From NCBI GenBank assembly GCA_963675755.2, contig CAXXMD010000002.1, positions 416,001-480,000 of the forward strand: a stretch of 64,000 bases of DNA, given 5' to 3'. This document shows, piece by piece, positions 9,797 through 19,700 of the stretch. Each line of letters opens with the position of its first letter. The stretch's first letter is position 1. This stretch comes from a bacterium (GTDB lineage Bacteria; Zhuqueibacterota; Zhuqueibacteria; Residuimicrobiales; Krinioviventaceae). Made by a program: the position numbers and the translations under genes. The notes under the pieces are model-generated. The model did not search any database. It was not told where the DNA came from and saw only the letters and a program-made list of their open reading frames with translations.

Positions 9797-10246
9797 ATGT
9801 ATAAAAATCTAATGTTCATTATTGTGATTGGTTTACTTTTCTCGAGTTGTTCCGAAATCCTGGATAATGATAAAGAAAAGAAAAAAACATCCGAATATCT
9901 GGGTATGCAACATTCCGGATGTCTCAATGATGTTTTGAAAAAAACAGCGATGCCTGATTTTTATCTTGCTGACTGGGATTATAACAATGGTTTGCTTTTG
10001 TTAGACATTAACTATTATGCAAATTGCTGTTTATCATCCTTTATAGATAGTGTGGATTTTGATGGTGATATTATTAATCTGTTTTTACGAGTTGAAGGCC
10101 AGGGATGTTATTGTACTTGTCCCTATACTATAGAATATGCGTTTCAATTAAACAGACCTTCTCCGTACAAAGTTTTATTTCATTTACAGGACCTTGGCAA
10201 AACAGATTATGTAACCCGTATTGACACTTTAATTAATGTGAAATAA
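9797..10246 (+). CDS. Cys-rich lipoprotein, paralog 3 of 3
   Basis: Lipobox FSSC; EYLGMQHSGCL...NCC...CYCTC. Confidence 0.75.
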   Translation: MYKNLMFIIVIGLLFSSCSEILDNDKEKKKTSEYLGMQHSGCLNDVLKKTAMPDFYLADWDYNNGLLLLDINYYANCCLSSFIDSVDFDGDIINLFLRVEGQGCYCTCPYTIEYAFQLNRPSPYKVLFHLQDLGKTDYVTRIDTLINVK

Positions 10247-10884
10247 TGAAAAAAATTATATTTCTTCTTTTAAACGCTATACTCGTTTTGACGAGTACAC
10301 AATTGTTTGCTCAGGAACCTGTCTCTGGTAAAGATTTTTCAAACCAGGTCCTTGTCGAGTTGAATAAAGTCCGGCAAAATCCTCAAGATTATGTAGAAAA
10401 TCTAAAAATATTGAGAAATCAATATAATGGAATGTTTGTACAAAAAGGTGGAGTATTATTCAAAACGCAGGAAGGTGTTCAAGCTGTTAATGAAGCAATT
10501 GTCTATTTACAATCAATAAAATCATTACCACCTTTACTGCTTTCTAATGGTTTGTCAAAAGCTGCATTTGACCATGTGATACAACAAGGGAAGGTAGGGC
10601 AGACGGGTCATACAGGAAATGATGGGCTTACACCTGATAAGCGAATACAAAAGTATGGATCCTGGCTTTATACTATGGGTGAGAACATTTCTTACGGAAG
10701 CAAAACACCCCGTGATGTAATACTGGATTTGATTGTAGACGATGGAGTTCCTGACCGGGGACACCGTATAAATATTTTTAATCCGGATTTCAAATTAACA
10801 GGTATTGCCTATGGTCCGCATACCCGTTATGATACTATTTGTGTTATTACTTTTGCCGGAGGTTTTGTTGATAAAGTACAATAA
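10246..10884 (+). CDS. Secreted CAP (SCP/PR-1-like) domain protein
   Basis: Signal peptide; ELNKVR, GHTG, GENISYG, DDGVPDRGHRINIF. Confidence 0.85.
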   Translation: MKKIIFLLLNAILVLTSTQLFAQEPVSGKDFSNQVLVELNKVRQNPQDYVENLKILRNQYNGMFVQKGGVLFKTQEGVQAVNEAIVYLQSIKSLPPLLLSNGLSKAAFDHVIQQGKVGQTGHTGNDGLTPDKRIQKYGSWLYTMGENISYGSKTPRDVILDLIVDDGVPDRGHRINIFNPDFKLTGIAYGPHTRYDTICVITFAGGFVDKVQ

Positions 10885-10913
10885 AAAAAGGCCGGAAGAA
10901 AGTATCCGGCCTT
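10883..10913 (-). terminator. Intrinsic terminator; U-tract lies on the minus strand
   Basis: Stem AAGGCCGGA/TCCGGCCTT preceded on the + strand by an A7 run. Confidence 0.75.
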
Positions 10914-11108
10914 ATCTATATAAAAATCATTGTCGGTGATGTTTTTTGAATTCATCTCGCTAGCAACAATGCGAATTCATTCAGGAAAAGGAGAAGGGAT
11001 TGCAGTATTTTATTTTATCACCTAACTTACCAGCTTTATATTATGTTTGTCCACCGAACAATGATCATGATTTCTTTATAATTTTTTTTATTATCATCCT
11101 GCTTTTAA
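10883..11108 (-). ncRNA. Candidate ~225-nt ECF-sigma-dependent small RNA
   Basis: Bounded by an ECF-like promoter (11115-11140) and a minus-strand terminator. No ORF in the track; only ~10-codon ORFs seen by eye. Long-range stem between 10926-10938 and 11052-11065. Confidence 0.5.
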
Positions 11109-11114
11109 TTTTAT

Positions 11115-11140
11115 AACGCATTAAATGCAGTCTTGTTTCA
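11115..11140 (-). promoter_or_regulatory. ECF-sigma-type promoter TGAAAC-N16-CGTT
   Basis: Minus strand reads TGAAAC aagactgcatttaatg CGTT, matching the AAC-N16-CGT consensus of SigW/SigX-type ECFs. Confidence 0.65.
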
Positions 11141-11252
11141 TAATCTTGTGTAAACTATTGTATAATTGGGAAATCGTGTTTCTAAATTCCGAATAATTAA
11201 TTAATTGCGATTCTATTCAAAATTATAGCGAAGGAATTTTTTTACATTTTAC

Positions 11253-11290
11253 AAGATCCATACAATGCAAGATTACAGTGTATGGATCTT
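11253..11290 (-). terminator. Hairpin downstream of the 11294-11689 gene
   Basis: 12-bp stem AAGATCCATACA/TGTATGGATCTT; weak U-tract. Confidence 0.55.
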
Positions 11291-11293
11291 AAA

Positions 11294-11689
11294 TTATTGT
11301 TCACTTGATAGCACAAGAGTGCTGTAAAGATTATTAAAGAATTCCCTGTGGTCAGGAGCAGTTATAAATACTGTGCTCTCTTTTGGATTTTCTTTCATAA
11401 TTGTCTTTACGAGATTGGCATTGATGCGAATAATTGAGGAATTGTCGTTTTTTTCAAGTTTGGCAATTACTTTTTCAACTTTTGCCATGTTGTAATCGGG
11501 ATATTGGAATTTTAATTTTGTAAGTTGAAACATTGCGCTGTTTTTTAAACCGATATTGTCTGACTCTAGTGCTTGAAGCAAATTACTTACAGCCATCTCT
11601 ACCTGAGGGTTGGGGGCCGGTTTGGGTTTGGCGTATAAAATGCCGGTAAACAGAATACACACCATTGAAATAATTACAATTTTCTTCAT
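11294..11689 (-). CDS. Small secreted helical (HEAT-like) protein, paralog A
   Basis: Signal peptide; NLLQALESDNIGLKNSAMFQL aligns with the 12729-13115 product. Confidence 0.7.
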   Translation of the reverse strand: MKKIVIISMVCILFTGILYAKPKPAPNPQVEMAVSNLLQALESDNIGLKNSAMFQLTKLKFQYPDYNMAKVEKVIAKLEKNDNSSIIRINANLVKTIMKENPKESTVFITAPDHREFFNNLYSTLVLSSEQ

Positions 11690-11746
11690 GATGCTTTCCT
11701 TTATGTTAGTAAAACAAATGATGCTGATGATGTTCTCATTATATTA

Positions 11747-11772
11747 GACGTATTACTTTAAAAAATGTTACA
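11747..11772 (-). promoter_or_regulatory. ECF-sigma-type promoter TGTAAC-N16-CGTC
   Basis: Minus strand reads TGTAAC attttttaaagtaata CGTC, ~58 nt upstream of the 11689 start. Confidence 0.65.
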
Positions 11773-11791
11773 TACATTAAATATTGCAATG

Positions 11792-11820
11792 TTGCCTTTT
11801 TTTTCAAATTAGTGTATATT
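11792..11820 (+). promoter_or_regulatory. Sigma70-type promoter for the acid phosphatase gene
   Basis: TTGCCT-N17-TATATT. Confidence 0.45.
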
Positions 11821-11848
11821 AGAAAAAAATCTTGTGTGAGGTGTTTTA

Positions 11849-12676
11849 ATGCGTTATTATAGAGGCCCTTTAATTGTACTTGTTTTGTTTCTTTTTCTCA
11901 ATATCTCCTGTCAAAAGTTGGATGTTTCTGCTACCTTTGGTAAGGATGAGAATCCCAGTAATTTTATTGAAAGTTCTGTGTTATGGATACAACGCTCTGC
12001 TGAAGCACGTGCCTTGTACTATCAAACTTTTACTTTGGCAAAAATTCAGCTTGTAAATAAGCTTTCTACTTATCATGGCAACAAACCACCAGCAATAGTT
12101 GTGGATGTGGATGAAACAGTTCTGGATAATTCACCTTACGAAGCCATGCTGTTAGTTGATGATAAAGAATATCCCAAATATTGGGATGACTGGATCGATA
12201 TTGCTGTAGCCAAACCTGTTCCCGGAGCATTGGATTTTCTGTTATATGCTGATTCAATGGGAGTTGATGTTTTCTATATTACCAATCGAAATGAATCTCA
12301 AAAAAAAGGTACACTTTTAAACCTAATCCGTGTTGGCTTTCCTGATGCTGTTAATGAGCATCTATTGGTAAAAACTGAAAGCAGTGATAAAACATCACGT
12401 CGTCAAGCTGTCAGCCAGACTCATGAAATTTTGTTATTATGTGGCGATAATTTGGGGGATTTTGATCAGGTTTTTCAGGAAAAGTCTGTGCAAGATCGTT
12501 CAGCTACAGTAGACAGTTTAAAACACTTGTTCGGTACAAGGTTTATTGTACTACCTAATCCCATGTATGGTGACTGGATTGGCGCTGCTTATAATTATGA
12601 TTACGGTTTGGAGAATAGTAAAAAAATTGAAATGAGGCGAAACCTGTTGGATGTATATTCAAAACACTTGAAATAA
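11849..12676 (+). CDS. 5'-nucleotidase / class C acid phosphatase lipoprotein, e(P4) family (HAD)
   Basis: Lipobox-like NISC; DVDETVLDNSPY, YITNR, GDNLGDF, LPNPMYGDW. Confidence 0.92.
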   Translation: MRYYRGPLIVLVLFLFLNISCQKLDVSATFGKDENPSNFIESSVLWIQRSAEARALYYQTFTLAKIQLVNKLSTYHGNKPPAIVVDVDETVLDNSPYEAMLLVDDKEYPKYWDDWIDIAVAKPVPGALDFLLYADSMGVDVFYITNRNESQKKGTLLNLIRVGFPDAVNEHLLVKTESSDKTSRRQAVSQTHEILLLCGDNLGDFDQVFQEKSVQDRSATVDSLKHLFGTRFIVLPNPMYGDWIGAAYNYDYGLENSKKIEMRRNLLDVYSKHLK

Positions 12677-12709
12677 AAAAAGCCCTGGTCTTAAAACCAG
12701 GGCTTTTTT
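12675..12709. terminator. Bidirectional intrinsic terminator
   Basis: A-run, AGCCCTGGT/ACCAGGGCT stem, T-run, between convergent genes. Confidence 0.85.
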
Positions 12710-12728
12710 GTTATCTATTTTCGAAATC

Positions 12729-13115
12729 TTAATTAGGATAATAAATAGAATTATACAGGTCACTGAAAAATTCCTGTGGTTCAGCTGCTGCAAGATTAAC
12801 CATACTTTCAGCTGTTTTATCATTAAGTACAGTATCAACTAGATTTGCGTTTACACGTACAATTGCAGATTTGTCTTTTTTGGCAACTTTTTCAACTTCT
12901 TTTTCAACTTTACTCAAATCAAAATCAGGATATTGTGCTCTGATTTTAGCAATCTGATATAGTGCACTGTTTCTTACACCGGCATTATCAGATTTTAGAG
13001 ACATTACTAGATTTTTTGCTGCAATTTCTAAATGTGAATCTTTTGGGGTTTCTTTTGCAAAGGTTAAACCTGTTGCTAACAAGGTTAAAATTAATACGAT
13101 AAAAAGCTTTTTCAT
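12729..13115 (-). CDS. Small secreted helical (HEAT-like) protein, paralog B
   Basis: Signal peptide; NLVMSLKSDNAGVRNSALYQI; also shares KVEK, R.NANLV.T and EFF..LY with paralog A. Confidence 0.7.
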   Translation of the reverse strand: MKKLFIVLILTLLATGLTFAKETPKDSHLEIAAKNLVMSLKSDNAGVRNSALYQIAKIRAQYPDFDLSKVEKEVEKVAKKDKSAIVRVNANLVDTVLNDKTAESMVNLAAAEPQEFFSDLYNSIYYPN

Positions 13116-13173
13116 GATATACTCCTAAATGTTAGTTTTTAAAACGATGTTTTTTATGTTCTCTTACCTTATA

Positions 13174-13199
13174 AACGTACATCTGTATAAAAAGTTGTT
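13174..13199 (-). promoter_or_regulatory. ECF-sigma-type promoter AACAAC-N16-CGTT (weaker -35)
   Basis: Minus strand reads aacAAC tttttatacagatgta CGTT, ~59 nt upstream of the 13115 start, same geometry as paralog A. Confidence 0.55.
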
Positions 13200-13406
13200 A
13201 TAATTCTTGTAAAACAATGTATCAGTAATTGAAACAGACTATGTGTAAATTTATTAATTTGTATAATATGTTAATAAATAGGAGCTTGCAGTTCAAAGGT
13301 TGGGGAATAAGATTTCATTTGGTTTTACAATTTACTTACATTTGTATTGCAGATAATCAATAGTGGTATGTTATTTTGGTATAAATGGATTAAGAATTTT
13401 AGATAT

Positions 13407-13439
13407 AAAAAATACCGGATTGTTATCCGGTATTTTTTT
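13407..13439. terminator. Intrinsic terminator
   Basis: A-run, TACCGGAT/ATCCGGTA stem, T-run. Confidence 0.75.
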
Positions 13440-13635
13440 AAACAGTGCCAGTATTTTTACGAATCGTTGACAGTTTGAAAATTTTGTATAATGGACAAAC
13501 ATGAACAAGACCGGTCAAAAGAGGTACAAGTCCAACTAATCCCCACCAGCTTTGGTAAAATATGCCCAGGGTTAGAATAATTACACCTAGAACCAATCTA
13601 AATATCCTGTCAGTCGTACCTATATTTTTATTCAT
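13438..13635 (-). CDS. DUF2892 (YgaP-like) small membrane protein
   Basis: MNKNIGTTDRIFR...CPLY pattern; two TM segments; AGGAG RBS. Confidence 0.85.
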   Translation of the reverse strand: MNKNIGTTDRIFRLVLGVIILTLGIFYQSWWGLVGLVPLLTGLVHVCPLYKIFKLSTIRKNTGTV

Positions 13636-13731
13636 TAATAACTCCTTTCCAAATTTATAAAAATAACACTTTTAATGCTTGAATATTCCCGCAAAATTTT
13701 AAGATACAATGGTTTGTTATTTATTAATTTT

Positions 13732-13761
13732 TTATGAAACAATTATGAAATTTTTATGAAA
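13732..13761 (+). repeat. Three TTATGAAA direct repeats with 11-bp period
   Basis: Copies start at 13732, 13743 and 13754, immediately upstream of the -35 box. Confidence 0.6.
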
Positions 13762-13766
13762 ATAAC

Positions 13767-13795
13767 TTGACATTTTATCAAAGATTTGTTAATAT
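13767..13795 (+). promoter_or_regulatory. Sigma70 promoter of the LacI/alpha-glucan locus
   Basis: TTGACA-N17-TAATAT with extended TG. Confidence 0.7.
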
Positions 13796-13809
13796 TCAGT
13801 AACGGAGGT

Positions 13810-13823
13810 TGGAAGCGCTTCCA
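13810..13823. promoter_or_regulatory. LacI-family operator
   Basis: Perfect 14-bp palindrome TGGAAGCGCTTCCA with central CG, just downstream of the promoter and upstream of a LacI-type gene. Confidence 0.8.
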
Positions 13824-13849
13824 CTGTTATCACAAAACAGGAAGCTTAT

Positions 13850-14914
13850 GTGTCAATAACAATTTATGATGTTGCCCGCAAGGCAGGTGTAGGCATTGCG
13901 ACGGTTTCGCGTGCTTTTAATGACAGTTCGTTGATTCGGGAAGAAACGAAAAAGCGGATTCTTGAAATAGCGGATGAATTAAATTATCAACCACATGGTT
14001 TGGCCCGCGGTTTAGCTCGTAAACAAACCCATACTATTGCTACAGTTGTTCCCTTCTTTTTTAATTATTTCTTTTTAAATTTGCTTAAAAACGTTCAATA
14101 TTCACTGTCTAAAAAGAATTATGACATGTTTTTGTACAGTGTAGATAATCTTGAGCATAAAGAAAACATGTTTGATAAAGTGTTGTATGAAAGAAAGTGT
14201 GATGGGGTAATGCTTTTTTCGCTTACACTTGATGAAGAATATGCTGATAAATTTATAAAATCTAATGTTCCTGTCATTATTGTAGATAATTATCATTCAA
14301 GCCTGGATTCCATTACCATCTCTAATAAGAGAGGTGCCAAAGATGCCACTAATCATTTAATTAGTTTAGGGCACAAGAAAATCGCAATGATTAATGGAAA
14401 CCTTTCCAGTTTTCCTGCCAAAGTTAGATTAGAAGGTTTTAATGAAGCTTTAAAAGAAAATAATATTGTTAACAATCCACGTTATATAATAAATGCTGAT
14501 CTGGATTTGGGTGAAGACGGATTTAATGAAATGGCCGGATATCGTGCCATGAAACAGTTAGCAGCCCTTGGGAAAAACCGACCTACAGCAATATTTATTT
14601 CTTCTGATATTCAGGCAATTGGAGCACTGCGTGCTGCAAAAGAAGAGGGCATTAGTGTACCTGATGATTGCGCTATTGTAGGATTTGATGATATTGATTT
14701 TGCAAAATATGTCGGTCTTTCAACTATGCGTCAGCCAGTTCATACAATGGCTGAGCTTGCTGTAAATCGACTTTTAAGAAGAATTGAAAACAAAACCCGT
14801 GATAAATTTCAGGTTGAACTTTCTGCGGAATTGATAGTCCGTGAAAGTTGCGGTGCCCGAAATGTAACAACACACCTTGGTGATATTAGTACTGACGATG
14901 CAATTTTCCTGTAA
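13850..14914 (+). CDS. LacI-family transcriptional regulator
   Basis: TIYDVARKAGVGIATVSR HTH; YQPHGLARGL hinge; IVGFDD. Confidence 0.95.
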   Translation: MSITIYDVARKAGVGIATVSRAFNDSSLIREETKKRILEIADELNYQPHGLARGLARKQTHTIATVVPFFFNYFFLNLLKNVQYSLSKKNYDMFLYSVDNLEHKENMFDKVLYERKCDGVMLFSLTLDEEYADKFIKSNVPVIIVDNYHSSLDSITISNKRGAKDATNHLISLGHKKIAMINGNLSSFPAKVRLEGFNEALKENNIVNNPRYIINADLDLGEDGFNEMAGYRAMKQLAALGKNRPTAIFISSDIQAIGALRAAKEEGISVPDDCAIVGFDDIDFAKYVGLSTMRQPVHTMAELAVNRLLRRIENKTRDKFQVELSAELIVRESCGARNVTTHLGDISTDDAIFL

Positions 14915-14928
14915 ACTTGGATTAAATT

Positions 14929-16737
14929 ATGAAAAAATTTCTAATTTTCATTGTGTTATTTATGTCCGTATCACTCTTTAGCCAAACATCTTCCATTAAT
15001 TACAGTGTACCGGAATGGAGTAAAAACGTAATTTGGTATCAGATATTCCCTGAACGTTTTTGCAATAGTGATCAAAGCAATGGTCCCTTTTTCCATGATA
15101 TTTTTGGTTCATGGCCTCATGATACTACAAGTGCCTGGGGATTGTCAAACTGGACCGGTGATTGGTATGCTCTGGAAAGATGGGAAAATGATGGACAGGG
15201 ATTTTACCACCATGTGCAAAGACGGAGATATGGCGGAGATTTGCAGGGAATTATAGATAAACTCGATTATTTACAGGAATTGGGAATTAATGCTATTTAT
15301 CTAAATCCCGTGTTTGAAGCTCCATCAATGCACAAATACGATGCTTCTTCTTATCATCATATTGATGATAATTTTGGTCCTGATCCTGAATACGATAGAA
15401 AACTCATCGCCACTGAGATTCCCCATGATCCGTCTACCTGGAAAATGACTTCTGCGGATTCACTGTTTTTTGTACTTATTGATCAAGTTCATAAACGGGA
15501 TATGCGCATTATCATTGATGGTGTTTGGAACCATGTTGGTATGACATTCTGGGCATTTAGAGATGTTGTTAAAAATCAGGAATCCTCTTTATATAAAGAC
15601 TGGTTTATCATCAAAGCTTTTGATAATCCCGCAACACCCGAAAGTGAATTCGATTATAAAGGGTGGTGGGATGTTAGAGAACTTCCCGAGTTGATGGAAG
15701 ATGAAAATGGATTCAATCCCGAATTTTGGCAATATGTAAAAAATTCAGTTTCGAAATGGATGGATCCTAATGGTGATGGCGATCCATCAGATGGTATTGA
15801 TGGCTGGCGTTTGGATGTTGCTGCTGAAGTGGGTTTCCCTGTATGGAAAAGATTCAGAGATCATGTTCGCACCATTAATCCGGAAGCTTACTTGTCTGGA
15901 GAAATTTGGTTTGATGAAGGAATCGACAAGTGGCTGCAAGGTGATATTTATGATGCGGTTATGAACTATCGTTTTGCCCAGAGTTGTGTACGTTTCTTTA
16001 TGGATACGGAAAAGCCTTTTTCTTTTTCACCATCTGAATTTGATTATGCATTACTCGAAATGAGAAATACCTATCCTCACGATGCCCAATATGTATTACA
16101 GAACTTGATGGACAGTCACGATACAGACCGTATGACCTCTATGATTATCAATAACAACCGGAATTATGGTTCTGATCACCGTTTGGAAAATAATCCCAAT
16201 TATGATGTACGTAAACCCAACTCGCTCGAACGAGATATTCAAAAGCTGATTGTACTCATGCAAATGACATATATTGGTGCTCCGATGGTTTATTATGGAG
16301 ATGAAGCGGGAATGTGGGGCGCTTCTGATCCTGATGAAAGAAAACCCATGTTGTGGAAAGAGTTGAAATATGATGATGAAGCTACCCATCCTCTGGGTAA
16401 ATCACGTCCTGTTGATAAAAATGTATTTGATCCCGAATTGTTTGCATATTATCAGAATCTGATTAAAACCCGTTTACAATATGATGCATTGCGTTCAGGT
16501 GAATATGAAACCCTGGTCAAAGATGATGATAAAAACATATTTATTTTTAGTCGTAAAGATTCCAATGATGAATTTATTATTGTTATGAATAATTCATTTG
16601 ATTCTCAAACTGTTAAAATTAATGTGGCTGGAAAATCAGCGCAGGATATTATTACAGGTAAAACACAGACAATCTCAAACAATGAATTGTCTGTGTCATT
16701 ACATCCAAAACAAGGTATGCTTTTACATATTCATTAA
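14929..16737 (+). CDS. Secreted GH13 alpha-amylase/neopullulanase-like glycosidase
   Basis: Signal peptide; WYQIFPERF, GGDLQG, DGVWNH, DGWRLDVA, GEIW, SHDTDR, YYGDE. Confidence 0.92.
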   Translation: MKKFLIFIVLFMSVSLFSQTSSINYSVPEWSKNVIWYQIFPERFCNSDQSNGPFFHDIFGSWPHDTTSAWGLSNWTGDWYALERWENDGQGFYHHVQRRRYGGDLQGIIDKLDYLQELGINAIYLNPVFEAPSMHKYDASSYHHIDDNFGPDPEYDRKLIATEIPHDPSTWKMTSADSLFFVLIDQVHKRDMRIIIDGVWNHVGMTFWAFRDVVKNQESSLYKDWFIIKAFDNPATPESEFDYKGWWDVRELPELMEDENGFNPEFWQYVKNSVSKWMDPNGDGDPSDGIDGWRLDVAAEVGFPVWKRFRDHVRTINPEAYLSGEIWFDEGIDKWLQGDIYDAVMNYRFAQSCVRFFMDTEKPFSFSPSEFDYALLEMRNTYPHDAQYVLQNLMDSHDTDRMTSMIINNNRNYGSDHRLENNPNYDVRKPNSLERDIQKLIVLMQMTYIGAPMVYYGDEAGMWGASDPDERKPMLWKELKYDDEATHPLGKSRPVDKNVFDPELFAYYQNLIKTRLQYDALRSGEYETLVKDDDKNIFIFSRKDSNDEFIIVMNNSFDSQTVKINVAGKSAQDIITGKTQTISNNELSVSLHPKQGMLLHIH

Positions 16738-16754
16738 GCCTTTGGAGTTTATTA

Positions 16755-19700
16755 ATGAAAAAGCTTGAAATTTTATTGGTTTTAATTTTATTCGCACTAT
16801 TTTCCGGATTGTATGCTGGAACTACCGGCAAGATATCCGGTGTTATTGTTGATGCGAATACCGGTGAAACATTACCCGGCACCAATGTTATAATTGATGG
16901 CTCTAGAATGGGTGCTGCTACTGATCTTCAGGGACATTATTCCATTTTAAATGTTCCACCCGGCACATATGTACTCAGAGCAAGTATGATCGGTTATAAT
17001 GAAACAAGGGTGACCAATGTTGTAGTTTCCATTGATCTTACCACAGAGATCAATTTTCAGTTAACCGAAACTGTTCTGGACGCCGGTGAAACGGTTACAA
17101 TCGTTGCTGAGCGTCCTCAGGTTGTAAAAGATTTGACTGCTACCACCGCAATTGTTGGATCTGAAGAAATGGAAACGCTTCCGGTAACCGAAGTTAGTGA
17201 AGCTATCGAGCTTCAGGCTGGCTTGATCAGAGACGCTGGTGGTGGTTTGCATGCCCGTGGCGGCCGTTCAGGTGAAGTGAGTTACTGGGTAGATGGTATA
17301 CCTGTTACTGACGTTTATGATGGTGGAACGGTTGTAGATATTAATAAAAATATGGTGCAAGAGCTTCAGGTTGTAACCGGTGCTTTTAATGCTGAATATG
17401 GTCAGGCTATGTCTGGTATTGTTAATATTGCTACAAAAGACGGCGATAATGACTTTGGTGGAAGCTTTTCAACCTATTTTGGCGATTATCTCAGTAATCA
17501 TACAGAACAGTTCTCCAATATAGATGAAATTAATCCCGCTGCTATTCGCAATGGTGAATTCAGTCTACATGGTGCCATTATTAAAGACAAATTGTACTAT
17601 TATGTTAATGGACGCGCTATCCATTTTGATGGCTGGCAGGCTGGGCAGAGACGATTCACTCCACAATCCGTCACTGGAACATTATATCTTGAAGAAGATT
17701 ATCTCAGGTCTAATGCACCCGAGTACCTTGAATTCGCCAAGAAATTGGATGACAATGAATATGGTATTGAATATGTTGTTGGTTCAAATGCTTCTATAGA
17801 TTCTATGATCATGCCTTATATATATGGAATGGACATTGTCAGTGACCCTGATTCTTTTGCTTATTATTATAATAATATGCGTAGTGTTCATGCCGGTGCC
17901 AAAGGTGATGGTGAATATGTTTCCATGAACTGGAATGAAAAACTTTACGGACAGGTAAAATTGATTTATAACCTGACCCCGTCTTTTAAAATCGCCTATA
18001 ATGCTATCTATGACGATGTAGATTACCAGGATTATGATCAGAATTATTATTTAAATCCTGATGGTAATTTAAAACGGTTTAGAACAGGTTTAACCAATAT
18101 TCTCAAAGTTACCCATGTACTGAATCAATCTACTTTTTATGATCTTGGATTTTCTCAATTCAATAAAGAGTACAAACATTATGTTTATGAAGACATGTAC
18201 GATTCCCGATACGTACATCCCGATATGGGTGAACAACAACCATATAGCTTTAAAACCGCTGGAAATGATTTGGCAAATTACAAACGCCAGACAACCACAC
18301 AACTGGCAAAATTTGATATTACCAGTCAGGTTACAAGCCGCCAGCAGTTAAAGGCTGGTGTTGAATATCGTCAGCATAAAGTCTTTATGCAGGATATTTC
18401 ACTACGTCCGGTTGATGAAGATTTTAGTATTGATGTAGTTACCGATGGACCTTATATCCGAACCCGTGTTACTCCGGTAAGTGATATTTACAACAGTACC
18501 TATGAGCACAAACCCGTCGAATTTTCTGCTTATTTACAAGACAAGCTTGAATTCAAAAGCATGATTGTGAATGTTGGTGTTCGTATGGATTATTTTGATC
18601 CTGATGGTATTGTTTTAACAGATGAAACTGATCCCACTATTTACAATCCAATCCGTCCTGAAAACCGCTATCATGACTGGGGTACCGATGGTATTGAAGG
18701 TACATATGATGCTGATGGTTCTGAAGGAAATGGAATCCAGGATGAAGGTGAACCTGATGTATCTCTTGAAGAACGTCAAAGTTATTGGTATAAAGATGCC
18801 ACCACCAAGATGAATGTCAGTCCTCGACTTGGTGTTTCTTTTCCGGTTACTGAACGTGGTGTATTCCATTTCTCCTATGGTCACTTTTTCCAGGTTCCTC
18901 GTTTTGAACGGTTATATCAAAATCCGGATTTTGAACTCGAGCAAGGTACCGGTAACATTGGTGTGATTGGTAATTCTGATCTGGAACCTGAACAAACCGT
19001 AAGTGGTGAAGTTGGTTTACAGCAGCAAATAACAGATGATGTTACCTTTGAAATCAATGCTTATTTTAGAGATGTAAGAAATCTTGCCGGTACACGTGCA
19101 GAAGAGATTGAACTTTATGGTGGTTCATCTACGTATTCAAAATTTGTAAACAGTGACTTTGGTTTAACAAAGGGTTTAACCCTTGCTGTTTCCAAACGTT
19201 TTAGTGGTGGATTGTCAGCTTCATTTGATTATACCTTACAACAAGCCAAAGGAACCAGTTCTGATCCCGAGCAGGCTAGAAATGCCATTGATGGCGGTGC
19301 ACAGCCTGAAGTACAAATGACAGCGTTAGATTGGGATCAATTCCATACCGTCAATTTTTCATTAAACTATCGCGGTTCAAACTGGGGTGGAAGTGCAATT
19401 GGTCAATGGGGTAGTGGACTTCCATATACACCAAGAAGCTCTGTTGATATTTCAGAACTGTTGACCAACAGTCAACGCAAACCATCATATTCCAATTTTG
19501 ATGTTCGTGGATATTATGATTTTCGTTTTGGTACAACGACTTTGACCTTGTTTGCCAGAGTGTTAAATCTGTTTGATACTTTGAACGAGGTAAATGTTTA
19601 TGATACTACCGGTCGTGCCGGATTTACCCTTGATCAGCGAATTGCTGAAGCAACAAATCCCGATGAAATTATTAACTCTCTGGACCAATGGTATACAAAC

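Noticed and set aside
11038-11097. Two 10-codon minus-strand micro-ORFs (MIIKKIIKKS, MIIVRWTNII) inside the sRNA candidate
   Set aside because: No properly spaced SD and too short to support without ribosome profiling.
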